From: Thermoanaerobaculia bacterium
GTDB taxonomy: Bacteria > Acidobacteriota > Thermoanaerobaculia > Gp7-AA8
Direction: 5' to 3'
DNA: 64,000 nucleotides
Assembly (NCBI GenBank): GCA_036380735.1
Contig: DASVEE010000015.1
Location: 116,409-180,408 of the forward strand
The notes under the pieces were generated by a model. The model saw nothing but the letters and a program-made list of their open reading frames with translations, made no database searches and was not told where the DNA came from. Both the position numbers and the translations under genes were made by a program. This document shows positions 48,920-57,749 of this stretch, one piece after another. Position 1 is the stretch's first letter. The number at the start of each line of letters is the position of its first letter.

Positions 48920-50812
48920 ATGTCGACTCCCACGGAGCAGCACAGCCGTCGCTATTTTCTCACGCTTTCCTTCGGTGCCCTCGGCGTCGTCTACGGCGAC
49001 ATCGGCACCAGCCCGTTGTACGCGCTGAAGGAATGCTTCATGTCGCACCACGGCCACCGCCTGCCGGTGACCCACGACAACGTCATCGGCGTGCTGTCGC
49101 TCATCACGTGGTCGCTCGTGCTCGTGATCTCGATCAAATACCTGCTGTTCGTGCTCCGTGCCGACAACCGCGGCGAAGGCGGCATTCTCGCTTTGATGTC
49201 ACTCGTGCGGCCCAGTGCCGCGGGGCGCCGCGGCGTGCGCCGGTCGGTCCTGCTTGCGCTGGGTCTGTTCGGTTCGGCGCTGCTGTACGGCGACGGCATG
49301 ATCACACCGGCGATCACGATGCTCAGTGCGTTCGAAGGCGTCCGCGTGGTGACGCCGGTGCTGTCGTCATGGATCGTGCCGCTGACCGTCGTCGCACTGG
49401 TAGGGTTGTTCGCCGTGCAAAAGTACGGGACCGCGCGCGTCGGTGCGCTGTTCGGGCCGCTGATGCTGGCGTGGTTCGCGGTTCTCGCGCTGCTCGGAAT
49501 CCCTCACATCGTGCGCATGCCGCATGTGCTGACGGCGCTCAATCCCGTCGAGGCACTGCGGTTCCTCGTGGCGCATCAGGTGGCGGGCTACCTCGTGCTG
49601 GGTGCGGTGTTTCTCGTCGTCACGGGTGGCGAGGCGCTGTACGCCGACATGGGGCATTTCGGCTCCGGCCCGATTCGCACGGCATGGTTCTCCGTCGTGT
49701 TCCCCGCGCTGCTGCTGAACTACTACGGGCAGGGCGCGCTGCTGCTCGGCAACCCTGCCGCCGCCAGCGATCCGTTCTTCCTCATGGCGCCGCGCTGGGC
49801 ACTCTGGCCGCTCGTCATTCTCTCGACGCTGGCCGCCGCGGTGGCGTCGCAGGCGGTGATCTCCGGCGCGTTTTCCCTGACGCGTCAGGCGGTGCAGCTC
49901 GGCTATCTGCCGCGCCTCAACATCATCCATACGTCGGCACGCGAGATCGGCCAGATCTACATCCCGTCCATCAACTGGCTGCTGATGCTGTGTGCGATCG
50001 GTCTCGTCCTCGGGTTCCGCGAAGCCACCGCACTGGCCGGCGCCTACGGCGTCGCCGTCACCGCAACCATGGGCATCACGACGGCGCTGTTCGCGGTGGT
50101 CGCGCGGGAGCGCTGGAAGTGGAGCCTGCCGGCGGTGCTCGGCTTCGCCATTCCTTTCCTGATCATCGACCTCGCATTCTTCGGCGCGAACATCATCAAG
50201 GTCGCCGATGGCGGCTGGTTCCCGCTGCTCGTCGGCGCCTTCATCTTCACTCTGATGACGACGTGGTTCACGGGACGCCGCATCCTCACGGCGCGCCTGG
50301 CCGAAGGAGGGCTGCCCACGGACGCTTTCCTCCACGAGCTCGGCGTCGGGAGAGTGCATCGCGTCGCCGGCACGGCGGTCTTCCTGACCCGTCAGCAGGA
50401 AGGCATCCCCACGGCACTCCTCCACAACATCAAGCACAACAAAGTCGTGCACCAGCGCGTGGTGCTGCTGAGCGTCGTCAGCGAGGAGACCTCGCATCTG
50501 TCACCCGAGGAGCGTTTCGAGTGGACGGAGCTCGGGCACGGTGTGCACCGGCTCGTGCTCCGCTTCGGGTTTCTGGAGGACCCCAACCTGCCGCAGGTCC
50601 TCGGCAACATCCCCGGCCCCGTAAAGTTCGACACCATGACCACCAGCTACTTCCTGGGGCGTGAGACGCTGATCCCCAGCAGCGACCCGGGCATGGCCAT
50701 CTGGCGCGAGCACGTCTTCTCCTGGATGACCCGCAACGCCAGCGGCGCCGCGTCGTTCTTCTCACTCCCGCCGAATCAGGTGATCGAGCTGGGCGCGCAG
50801 GTGCGCATGTAG
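48920..50812 (+). CDS. kup: Kup/HAK/KT-family potassium uptake transporter
   Basis: GALGVVYGDIGTSPLYALKE. 12 TM helices. C-terminal cytoplasmic domain. An alternative upstream start at 48887 is possible. Confidence 0.9.
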   Translation: MSTPTEQHSRRYFLTLSFGALGVVYGDIGTSPLYALKECFMSHHGHRLPVTHDNVIGVLSLITWSLVLVISIKYLLFVLRADNRGEGGILALMSLVRPSAAGRRGVRRSVLLALGLFGSALLYGDGMITPAITMLSAFEGVRVVTPVLSSWIVPLTVVALVGLFAVQKYGTARVGALFGPLMLAWFAVLALLGIPHIVRMPHVLTALNPVEALRFLVAHQVAGYLVLGAVFLVVTGGEALYADMGHFGSGPIRTAWFSVVFPALLLNYYGQGALLLGNPAAASDPFFLMAPRWALWPLVILSTLAAAVASQAVISGAFSLTRQAVQLGYLPRLNIIHTSAREIGQIYIPSINWLLMLCAIGLVLGFREATALAGAYGVAVTATMGITTALFAVVARERWKWSLPAVLGFAIPFLIIDLAFFGANIIKVADGGWFPLLVGAFIFTLMTTWFTGRRILTARLAEGGLPTDAFLHELGVGRVHRVAGTAVFLTRQQEGIPTALLHNIKHNKVVHQRVVLLSVVSEETSHLSPEERFEWTELGHGVHRLVLRFGFLEDPNLPQVLGNIPGPVKFDTMTTSYFLGRETLIPSSDPGMAIWREHVFSWMTRNASGAASFFSLPPNQVIELGAQVRM

Positions 50813-50826
50813 AGCGGAACGAACGA

Positions 50827-50871
50827 CAGTTGGAAGACAGACGAAGAGTGTCTGTCTTCCACTCTGCGTCG
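50827..50871. repeat. REP-like palindrome (variant of the RAYT-associated family)
   Basis: ggaagacagacgaagagtgtctgtcttccactctgcgtcgc. It sits between the Kup stop and the GAF gene. Confidence 0.7.
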
Positions 50872-50914
50872 CTAATGCGTAACGGTGCGTGCCTCGCGCA
50901 CGGCACCACGGGAC

Positions 50915-51445
50915 TCACGCAGCAGCCAGCCGGGCCTGTTCGATCGCGGCTGCGGCAGTATCCCGGATCATGTCGGTCAACTCCTGGTCGGCGGGACTGG
51001 GGTCGCGAACGACTCGGTAGTAGTTGGCGAAGGTGCCGAGGACCTTGCCGTCGGAGCCGTGAATGGGCGTCGACCAGCAGGCGCGGAGGTCGTACTTCAG
51101 CGCGAGGTCGCGGAAGTTGGCCCACAGCGGGTTGTTCGCGATGTCGAACACCGAAACGGTCCTGTCGTGGAACGCGGCAGTACCGCAGGAGCCGACTTCA
51201 GGCCCGATCTCCAGACCGTGAATTGCCTCGTTGTACGCGTCCGGCAGCGAAGGCGCCGCTCCGTGGAGGAGGTGGCGCCCATCTTCATCGAGGATCAGGA
51301 TCGAGGCGATCATGCCTGAGGCGGTCGCGCTCTCGATGATCCGGACGAGCTCCTCGAGCGTCTCACGCAGCGGCACGCCGGAGGCGGTCAGTTCCGCGAT
51401 GCGTTCTTTCGCGCGTACGGCGGCGTCGCGATGGTCGTTTGGCAT
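50915..51445 (-). CDS. GAF-domain protein
   Basis: GMIASILILDEDGRHLLHGAAPSL..VGSCGTAA..ACWSTPI. The ORF-track N-terminal extension reads through a REP copy and is rejected. Confidence 0.7.
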   Translation of the reverse strand: MPNDHRDAAVRAKERIAELTASGVPLRETLEELVRIIESATASGMIASILILDEDGRHLLHGAAPSLPDAYNEAIHGLEIGPEVGSCGTAAFHDRTVSVFDIANNPLWANFRDLALKYDLRACWSTPIHGSDGKVLGTFANYYRVVRDPSPADQELTDMIRDTAAAAIEQARLAAA

Positions 51446-51474
51446 CGGGCGCGGACGTGCAGCACCCGTACCAG

Positions 51475-51600
51475 CGCAGGACGCAGAGTGGAGGACAGAC
51501 ACTCTTGTCTGTCCCGCGCAGGAATGGGGCGAACGCGACGCTCGTCCGCACACCCGGCGGGAACTTCGTGCCTCGCGGGACGATGCACGCTCTCCGTAGG
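51475..51600. repeat. REP/BIME-like unit (one palindrome + conserved spacer)
   Basis: gacgcagagtggaggacagacactcttgtctgtcc, then cgcgcaggaatgg..cacacccggcgggaacttcg.., which is shared with the units at 53262 and 54040. Confidence 0.7.
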
Positions 51601-51623
51601 GCGCCCGCGAACCGTTTCGACGG

Positions 51624-53015
51624 CTACGCCTCGTCGTACTTGCACGGCAGAATCACCCGGAACGTCGAACCCTGGCCCGGCTTCGTCGCGAGCTCCAGGC
51701 TTCCCTCCAGAAGCTCGCACAGCCGTTTGACGATCGACAGGCCGACTCCCTCGCCGTGGGGTGCGCCCGGCGCCACCGCTTCGGTGACGGACGTGGCTGT
51801 CGTGGCGCCTTCCATGTCGCGCCGCCGGTCCGTGCTCGCCTCCCGCGCCTCGTCGGCGATCGCCGTTGCATCGTGGATCTGCTGCGCGACCTCCATGAAG
51901 GGCGTGCCGTCGATTCCCGGTCCGGTATCCTGCACCGACAGCGTCCAGCGCTCCGTGTCGCGCGTCGTGTCGAGCCCCCAACTGACCGAGATCCCACCGC
52001 GCTCGGTGTACTTGACGGCGTTGAGCAGCAGGTTCTGCAGGATGCGCAGCACCTTCGGTCTGTCGCCTTCGACCGGGAGCGTGCGCGGACCATCCATCTT
52101 GAGGAACAGTCCGCGATCGGTCGCCGCGGCCTGCGACGCGGTACAGAAATCGCGCAGCAGGACGGCCGCATCGAAGGGCGTCACCGTGCGATGCTCGTGG
52201 CCTGCTTCGAGACGGGCCAGACTCAGGAGATCGTTGAGGAGGTCGTTGAGCGACGAGACGCCTTTGCTCAACATCTCCGCGACTTCGACACGCTCCAGTT
52301 CGGGGAGTGTCGCGCCGCTGGCGTTGAGCATGGCGGCGCCCTTGACGACGGTGACGCTTCCCCGCAGGTCGTGCGCCGCCGTCCGCCAGGCCTCGGCACG
52401 CGACTGCTCGATGGTGTGCAGAGCCGCGAGCGCCCGCTCCAGCGCAGTCACGTGTCCGGCGGACTCCGACTGCTGGAGCCGTCCGTATTGCGTCGCGCTC
52501 GCGGTGACGCCGTCCGCGCAGAGTTGCGCCCAGATGCGGCGTGCGTTCGGCATCACGGCCGGTTCCAGTGAGGGGTGCTCGCTGGCGTACCGTTCCAGTT
52601 CGGCCGCGACGCTCATCTGCAGGTAACCCCACTCGCGCAGCACTTCAGCGAGTGAATAGCCCTGCTGCCAGCGTTGCACACCGTGGTCGGCGACTTTGTC
52701 CGCTTCCGATTGGGCGGCGGCGGCGGTCGTCTCTTCGGGCCACGACTGGAGGCTCTGAGAAAGCGAGTCGAGCACGGCCGGGATGTGGTCGTTGAACTGC
52801 GCCCGGGAGAGCGAGGCCGAGATGTTCCGGCCGGGCACGACGTCGCCGTAGGCTCGCCATGCATCGAGAATCGCGTCGCGATGTTCGAGCAGGTGCGCCG
52901 CCAGCGCACTCAATTGCTCCCGCGCGGGATTGGCGGGAAACACGACGTGGATGTCTTTGTCAGCGTGGTGTACAGATTCCGGCATCGACGGTTTGGCAAG
53001 CGCGAGCCGTGCCAC
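51624..53015 (-). CDS. Sensor histidine kinase (HisKA + HATPase), soluble/N-terminal helical sensor
   Basis: H-box AAHDLRGSVTVV. LLLNAVKYT. GPGIDG. GVGLSIVKRL. GTG start at 53015 (an alternative start lies 10 codons downstream). Confidence 0.75.
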   Translation of the reverse strand: MARLALAKPSMPESVHHADKDIHVVFPANPAREQLSALAAHLLEHRDAILDAWRAYGDVVPGRNISASLSRAQFNDHIPAVLDSLSQSLQSWPEETTAAAAQSEADKVADHGVQRWQQGYSLAEVLREWGYLQMSVAAELERYASEHPSLEPAVMPNARRIWAQLCADGVTASATQYGRLQQSESAGHVTALERALAALHTIEQSRAEAWRTAAHDLRGSVTVVKGAAMLNASGATLPELERVEVAEMLSKGVSSLNDLLNDLLSLARLEAGHEHRTVTPFDAAVLLRDFCTASQAAATDRGLFLKMDGPRTLPVEGDRPKVLRILQNLLLNAVKYTERGGISVSWGLDTTRDTERWTLSVQDTGPGIDGTPFMEVAQQIHDATAIADEAREASTDRRRDMEGATTATSVTEAVAPGAPHGEGVGLSIVKRLCELLEGSLELATKPGQGSTFRVILPCKYDEA

Positions 53016-53039
53016 GTCGCAGCTGGAGGCTGGTCGAGG

Positions 53040-53160
53040 GCGCTCCTTCGCCGTCCCGGCACCCGCGGAGTGCCGCCCGTTCGCCGTTGGAGTGCCGCGC
53101 GTCAGCCGTGGAGTGCCGCGCGTTCGCCATGGACTGCCACGGGTTCGCCGTGGAGAGCCG
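53040..53160. repeat. Tandem ~21-bp repeat (x5) upstream of the histidine kinase
   Basis: ggagtgccgcccgttcgccgtt / ggagtgccgcgcgtcagccgt / ggagtgccgcgcgttcgccat / ggactgccacgggttcgccgt / ggagagccgcgcgtgtctgtcc. It runs into a REP half-site. Confidence 0.65.
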
Positions 53161-53261
53161 CGCGTGTCTGTCCTCCACTTCGGTTCGTCGTGTCAGCAAC
53201 CGTGCTGTTTCATCGTTCACTCATGCCGCGCGCGGAGCACGCACGGCACGCACTGGCGATG

Positions 53262-53431
53262 CAGAGTGGAGGACAGACACTCTTGTCTGTCCCGCGAGGA
53301 ATGACGCGATCACGACGCTCCTCCGCACACCCGGCGGGAACTTCGTGCTTCGCTGCGCGATGCACCGCTCTGCGTGGGTACTCCTGCGCGGGACAGACAA
53401 GAGTGTCTGTCCTCCACTTTTAGCGTCGCGA
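53262..53431. repeat. REP/BIME unit: two inverted 22-bp palindromes (GGACAGACAAGAGTGTCTGTCC) flanking a ~100-bp spacer
   Basis: gcagagtggaggacagacactcttgtctgtcc..spacer..ggacagacaagagtgtctgtcctccact. It lies immediately 5' of the RAYT gene. Confidence 0.75.
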
Positions 53432-53518
53432 GTGTGATCGTCTGCGTGCTTGTGGCGCCCACGCCCTACACGCGGTGGAATGTTTCTGCTCGAAGAAGTC
53501 CGAGGGAGACTTGGCGGA

Positions 53519-54007
53519 ATGGGAATCGGACACGATACGTATGCATACCGCCGACATCTTCCGCATCTGCAGCGCGCCCTCGCGACGTACACCGTCGCCT
53601 TCGCCACACGTTATCGACGCGTGCTCCCCGCGCAGGCTCGTGACCTGGTGCTGGCGTGCTGCGTCGACGAGCATCAGGTGAGCTGCTGGTTGCACGTCGC
53701 GGTGGTGATGCCGGATCACGTGCATTTGATGCTCACGCTCTACCAGGAGTGGACGCTTGACGATGTTCTGAAGGGGATCAAAGGGGTCTCTTCACGTCGT
53801 GCGAATCAACTGCTGAAGCGGAGGGGTACGCTGTGGGAAGAGGAATCGTTCGATCGCATCGTTCGAAGTGACGAGGATCTGATCCGGAAGGGTGAGTACA
53901 TCCTCAACAATCCGGTGCGCGCCGGACTTGTGAGCAGGTACGAGGACTACGCATGGCTCTGGTGTTCGTGGAGGACGAGCGATGCGGTCTCTGGAGACGA
54001 GGACTGA
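53519..54007 (+). mobile_element. REP-associated tyrosine transposase (RAYT, IS200/IS605 Y1-HUH superfamily)
   Basis: RBS gagggag. YRRHLPHLQ..TYTVAFATRYRR N-terminal motif. HUH motif PDHVHLMLTL. Catalytic-Tyr region RKGEYILNNPVRAGLV. Flanked on both sides by REP/BIME units. Confidence 0.8.
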
Positions 54008-54039
54008 CTCTGCTTCGCGGAGGACGCACCGCACGCCCT

Positions 54040-54452
54040 CGCGACGCAGAGTGGAGGACAGACACTCTTGTCTGTCCGGCGGGAATGACGCGACCACGAC
54101 GCTCCCCCGCACACCCGGCGGGAACTTCGTTTCTCGCTGGACGATGCAGCGCTCTGCGTGGGCACTCCTGCGCGGGACAGACAAGAGTGTCTGTCCTCCA
54201 CTTCGGTTCGTCGAGTCAGCCGCCGCGGTGTTGCATCGTGTACTTAAGCCTTTCGTGGAGCACGCACAGCACGCACTCGCGATGGGGAGTGGAGGACAGA
54301 CACTCTTGTCTGTCCCGCGAGGAATGACGCGACCACGACGCTCCCCCGCACACCCGGCGGGAACTTCGCTTCTCGCTGGACGATGCAGCGCTCTGCGTGG
54401 GCATTCCTGCGCGGGACAGACAAGAGTGTCTGTCCTCCACTCAGGGTCGCGG
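54040..54452. repeat. Two tandem REP/BIME units 3' of the RAYT gene
   Basis: Units 54040-54212 and 54282-54452 have the same architecture and ~90% identity to 53262-53431. Confidence 0.75.
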
Positions 54453-54536
54453 GTGCGGGCCCGTGCGTGCTCCGCGGAGCTGCTCAGCGAAATGGGGCTC
54501 AGGGGACGGATCCCCTGAGCCCTCGCCGCTCTGACT

Positions 54537-57524
54537 TCAGTGATGGTGAACGTGGCCGCTGGTGGCCGAGGCCGGGGCGTCCACGGTGAAATGTACGGTG
54601 AGGGACGGGCTCTTCTCTCCCCCCTCATCGACGGCGACCGCCCACAGCATGAAGTGACCGGCCTCGAGAGTCACGTTCGCCTCGAACGGAGCGGTGGTAT
54701 CGACGGCCACGAGCCGGTCCGGGGAGAGGAAGGAGTCGTGCTCCTTGACCCAGAACTCGACACGCGCCACCCGGCCTCCGCGATCCGACGCCGTGGCGCG
54801 CGCGAGGATCGGCGCACCCACCGGGAAGGAGACGCGGTCCTGTGGCGAGAGCAGCTCGACCACCGGAGGCACGTTGTTGACGACGGTGATGGTCCGCTCC
54901 GTCAGCGCGGTGGCGCTGGAGTTGATGGCCACGGCGCGGATGCGGTGCGGCCCCGCACCCATGGCCGTCCAGTTGAACGAGAACGGCGCCATGTCGGACG
55001 TGGCGACCAGCTTCCCGTCGACGAAGACGTTCACCCCCTTGATCGTGCCGTCGGGATCGATGGCGTCGACGCTGACCGGCACGGCCTCACCCGGCTGGAA
55101 CAACGCGCCGTCGGCGGGCCCGACGAGCAGGACGTTCGGCGGCGTGTCGCGGACCGCGTGGTTCGCCGTCAGCGCGAGGTCGAACGTGGCGTCGTCGGCC
55201 TTCTGATCCTGATGCAGCTCGACGGCGACGACGTTACGGCCGTCGACGATCAGCTCCAGCGGTACAGGCACAGGGAAGAACGCTTCTTCCTCCGCGCCGT
55301 CGACCGAGGTGTTGGCGTACGTGGCGTCGCCGCCGCCGTCGAGGTTCACGCGATGCACTTCCTTGCCGTTGATGTAGACGATGGCGCCGTCGTCGCGCTT
55401 GAGGTGCAGCAGCAGCTCGCGGTAGATGGTGCGGTCGGCCACGTCGAACGCGCGACGGTAGTACGTGGTCGTACGCCGGCCGACGGTCGTTTCGGGATCG
55501 TCCTCGTAGCCGAACTCGGCGCGGCCCGTGCGCCACTTCGCGTCGTCGTAGTCCGGCTGCTGCCAGCCGTCGCCCGCGGCCTGGTCATCGAGATAGCGCC
55601 ACTTCTCGTCGTTGGCCGGGACCAGCACGAGCTTCGTGAAGTCGACCTCGAAGCGCTGGCCACCGACGACCTCGTTCTCATCGTCGGGCGTGCCGATCTG
55701 CACGAGGTCGAAGCGCGGCACGTAGCCGGCGCGCGGCACGTAGTTGCGATTGAGCTGGAACGTGACGTCGACGTTGACGGCTTCCTCGGGCTCGAGACGA
55801 AGGCCGGCGAGGTAGGCGTCGGGGGAGGTGACGAGGAGGCGTCCGAGGCGCGGATCGAGCGGGCGCACTCCCTCACCGCGACCACCCTCGGCCATCCAGC
55901 GCTCGTAGAGCTGCGGCGCCAGGTCGAGGTAGACGTTCCCGGCTTCGCCGTAATAGTGCAGTGCCTCTTCATTCGCGGCGCGGAAGTGCAGACGCGTCGT
56001 CGCGATCGCGAGCGCCGGATTGCGCAGGATGACCGGCGAGACGCGCAGCGCGCCGGGGAACTGGTCGACGACCGAGATGTTCTTCCAGACGATGTTGTTG
56101 TTCGCCTTGGTGTTGGCGTTGACGCTCGTGTTCTCCAGCGTGGTCATGCCGAACGGCGACACGGTGGAGGTCTCGATGCGCGCCAGCAGGCAGAAGTGCG
56201 ACTGGTCGCCGCCGAAGCAGGAGAAGTCGGCCGGCTTCGGCGGGAACCACGGCACCTGGATGACCACCGCCTGTCCGGGGAGCAGCGGCGGCACGGTCAG
56301 CGGCGCCGTGTCGTAAATCGGAGGAGAGACGACGGAGTGATGCGTGGGTCCCTTGGAGACGATGTAGCCGCCGGCGGTCGTCCACGGGATGATCGGCGTG
56401 CCGGTACCGTTCCACGGACCCATCATCGTCGTGATGTTGACGTTGGTCGTCAGCGCGCCGTAGGTCTGCGTCGGATCGAGGCGCAGGACCTGCGTGCTGT
56501 TGCGCTGCCAGCGCGCCCAGAGGCGGTCGGCGTTGCCGTGCAGCATGAAGAAGAAGGGATCCTCCGCCGCGGTCCCGATCGACCCCATGTTGCCGCCGAT
56601 GTGGGTGTGCGAGCCGTTGTGCGGATTGCCTTCGATGAGGCCGAAGTTCGAGTACGGCGTGCGGTTCAGCACCGTGGTGTCGCTGGTGCCGGGAAGCGCG
56701 CTGCCGCCGACGTTGCGCGCAACCGTCGGTCCGCCCAGCGCGTTGAACGGCGCGCCGATATTGGGTCCGGTGGCGTTCCCCATGAACGTGCTGGTCCAGT
56801 AGGTCAATGCCGGCGGCGTGGTCTGCCAATCCCAGTAGAGCAGCTTGAGGGTCGGCTCGTACTCCTGCAGCAGCGCTTCATAGCGGTTGAGGTACTCGCG
56901 GTGCCACGGCAGGAAGGCGGGGGAGCCGTGCCGGTTGCCGGGGCCGGCCTCGTGCACGCGGTCCTGCTTGTGCCAGTACGAGACACCGTCGCTGAACGCG
57001 AAGCTCGCGGTGCCGGCGGCGAGGATCGCGTCGCGGTAGGTGTTCCGCTCCGTCGACGTCGCGGTCGCGGCGTTCTTGCGCGGCTTGGTGATCTCCATGC
57101 CGTACAGCTTCAGCGGACCGCAGTTGTTCGCCTTGTAGTCCACCCACTGCGACGGCCAGTTCAGGCCCGTCGACGCCTTCGCCCAATACACGCGCAGGCG
57201 CTCGTTGCCGGTCGACGCGACATTGCCGCGATTGCGCACGCGGATGTAGACGTAGTTCGGCGTGCTGTACTTCGGGTCGCGGTACTCGGGACTCTGGTGC
57301 GCCCCCGGCGTCCACGGCGGAGCCGTGGCGGTGAACGGATACGGCTGATACGCCGGATCGGGAGCCGTGCGGACCCAGATGTCTTCCGTCACCCACATCG
57401 GCCCGTTATCGGGATTCGGCTCCACGCCGGTATCGGCCGGAGTGTCTTTCATGAACAAATCCGCCTGTCCGAACGCGACGAGCGGGAACAACAGCACTGC
57501 AAGCAGTACAGCAAGTCTCTTCAT
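54537..57524 (-). CDS. Large secreted tyrosinase paralog (995 aa), same architecture as 41728-44688
   Basis: RBS aggagg. Signal peptide MKRLAVLLAVLLFPLVAFG. CuA site ..GSPAFLPWHREY. CuB site HTHIGGNMG..DPFFFMLHGNADRLWARWQ. Shares long, largely collinear amino-acid similarity and matching DNA stretches with the first copy. Ends HVHHH. Confidence 0.8.
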   Translation of the reverse strand: MKRLAVLLAVLLFPLVAFGQADLFMKDTPADTGVEPNPDNGPMWVTEDIWVRTAPDPAYQPYPFTATAPPWTPGAHQSPEYRDPKYSTPNYVYIRVRNRGNVASTGNERLRVYWAKASTGLNWPSQWVDYKANNCGPLKLYGMEITKPRKNAATATSTERNTYRDAILAAGTASFAFSDGVSYWHKQDRVHEAGPGNRHGSPAFLPWHREYLNRYEALLQEYEPTLKLLYWDWQTTPPALTYWTSTFMGNATGPNIGAPFNALGGPTVARNVGGSALPGTSDTTVLNRTPYSNFGLIEGNPHNGSHTHIGGNMGSIGTAAEDPFFFMLHGNADRLWARWQRNSTQVLRLDPTQTYGALTTNVNITTMMGPWNGTGTPIIPWTTAGGYIVSKGPTHHSVVSPPIYDTAPLTVPPLLPGQAVVIQVPWFPPKPADFSCFGGDQSHFCLLARIETSTVSPFGMTTLENTSVNANTKANNNIVWKNISVVDQFPGALRVSPVILRNPALAIATTRLHFRAANEEALHYYGEAGNVYLDLAPQLYERWMAEGGRGEGVRPLDPRLGRLLVTSPDAYLAGLRLEPEEAVNVDVTFQLNRNYVPRAGYVPRFDLVQIGTPDDENEVVGGQRFEVDFTKLVLVPANDEKWRYLDDQAAGDGWQQPDYDDAKWRTGRAEFGYEDDPETTVGRRTTTYYRRAFDVADRTIYRELLLHLKRDDGAIVYINGKEVHRVNLDGGGDATYANTSVDGAEEEAFFPVPVPLELIVDGRNVVAVELHQDQKADDATFDLALTANHAVRDTPPNVLLVGPADGALFQPGEAVPVSVDAIDPDGTIKGVNVFVDGKLVATSDMAPFSFNWTAMGAGPHRIRAVAINSSATALTERTITVVNNVPPVVELLSPQDRVSFPVGAPILARATASDRGGRVARVEFWVKEHDSFLSPDRLVAVDTTAPFEANVTLEAGHFMLWAVAVDEGGEKSPSLTVHFTVDAPASATSGHVHHH

Positions 57525-57639
57525 GGATCCTCCTGGGATAAGCAGGGAGGAGAGGTGGTAAAGATGGAAATCCCTACCCATCGTGAAAGGAATGTGACCG
57601 ACGGGCGCGACTGCAGGAACAGCGATGTTCCTGGAAACA

Positions 57640-57742
57640 TGGGACCTATGGGACCGAAGGCAGAAGGCAGAGGCAGAACCCAAAGCAGAAGCCGCCCGGA
57701 CGTTCCTCTTTCTGCCTTGTGCCTTCTGCCTTCTGCCTTCGT
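57640..57742. repeat. Hairpin with arms of heptad units (GAAGGCA)3 / (TGCCTTC)4, preceded by a short 9-bp-unit stub
   Basis: gggacctatgggacc gaaggcagaaggcagaggcagaa..ttctgccttgtgccttctgccttctgccttc. It lies in the divergent intergenic region between the tyrosinase and MMPL gene starts. Confidence 0.65.
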
Positions 57743-57749
57743 GGTATAG

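Noticed and set aside
427-57749. Numerous long ORFs antisense to, or frame-shifted within, well-supported genes. Examples: 427-963, 1117-1860, 1677-3263, 3277-4989, 7367-9202, 10016-12124, 12487-14268, 16025-17299, 16086-17258, 17730-19712, 19276-20670, 41731-44085, 43754-44896, 54540-57749, 58281-59954, 60608-61633.
   Set aside because: They are Arg/Ala/Pro-rich products with no recognisable motifs. Each overlaps a partner ORF that carries clear catalytic/domain signatures and an RBS. Such frames are expected in ~70% GC DNA from stop-codon depletion.
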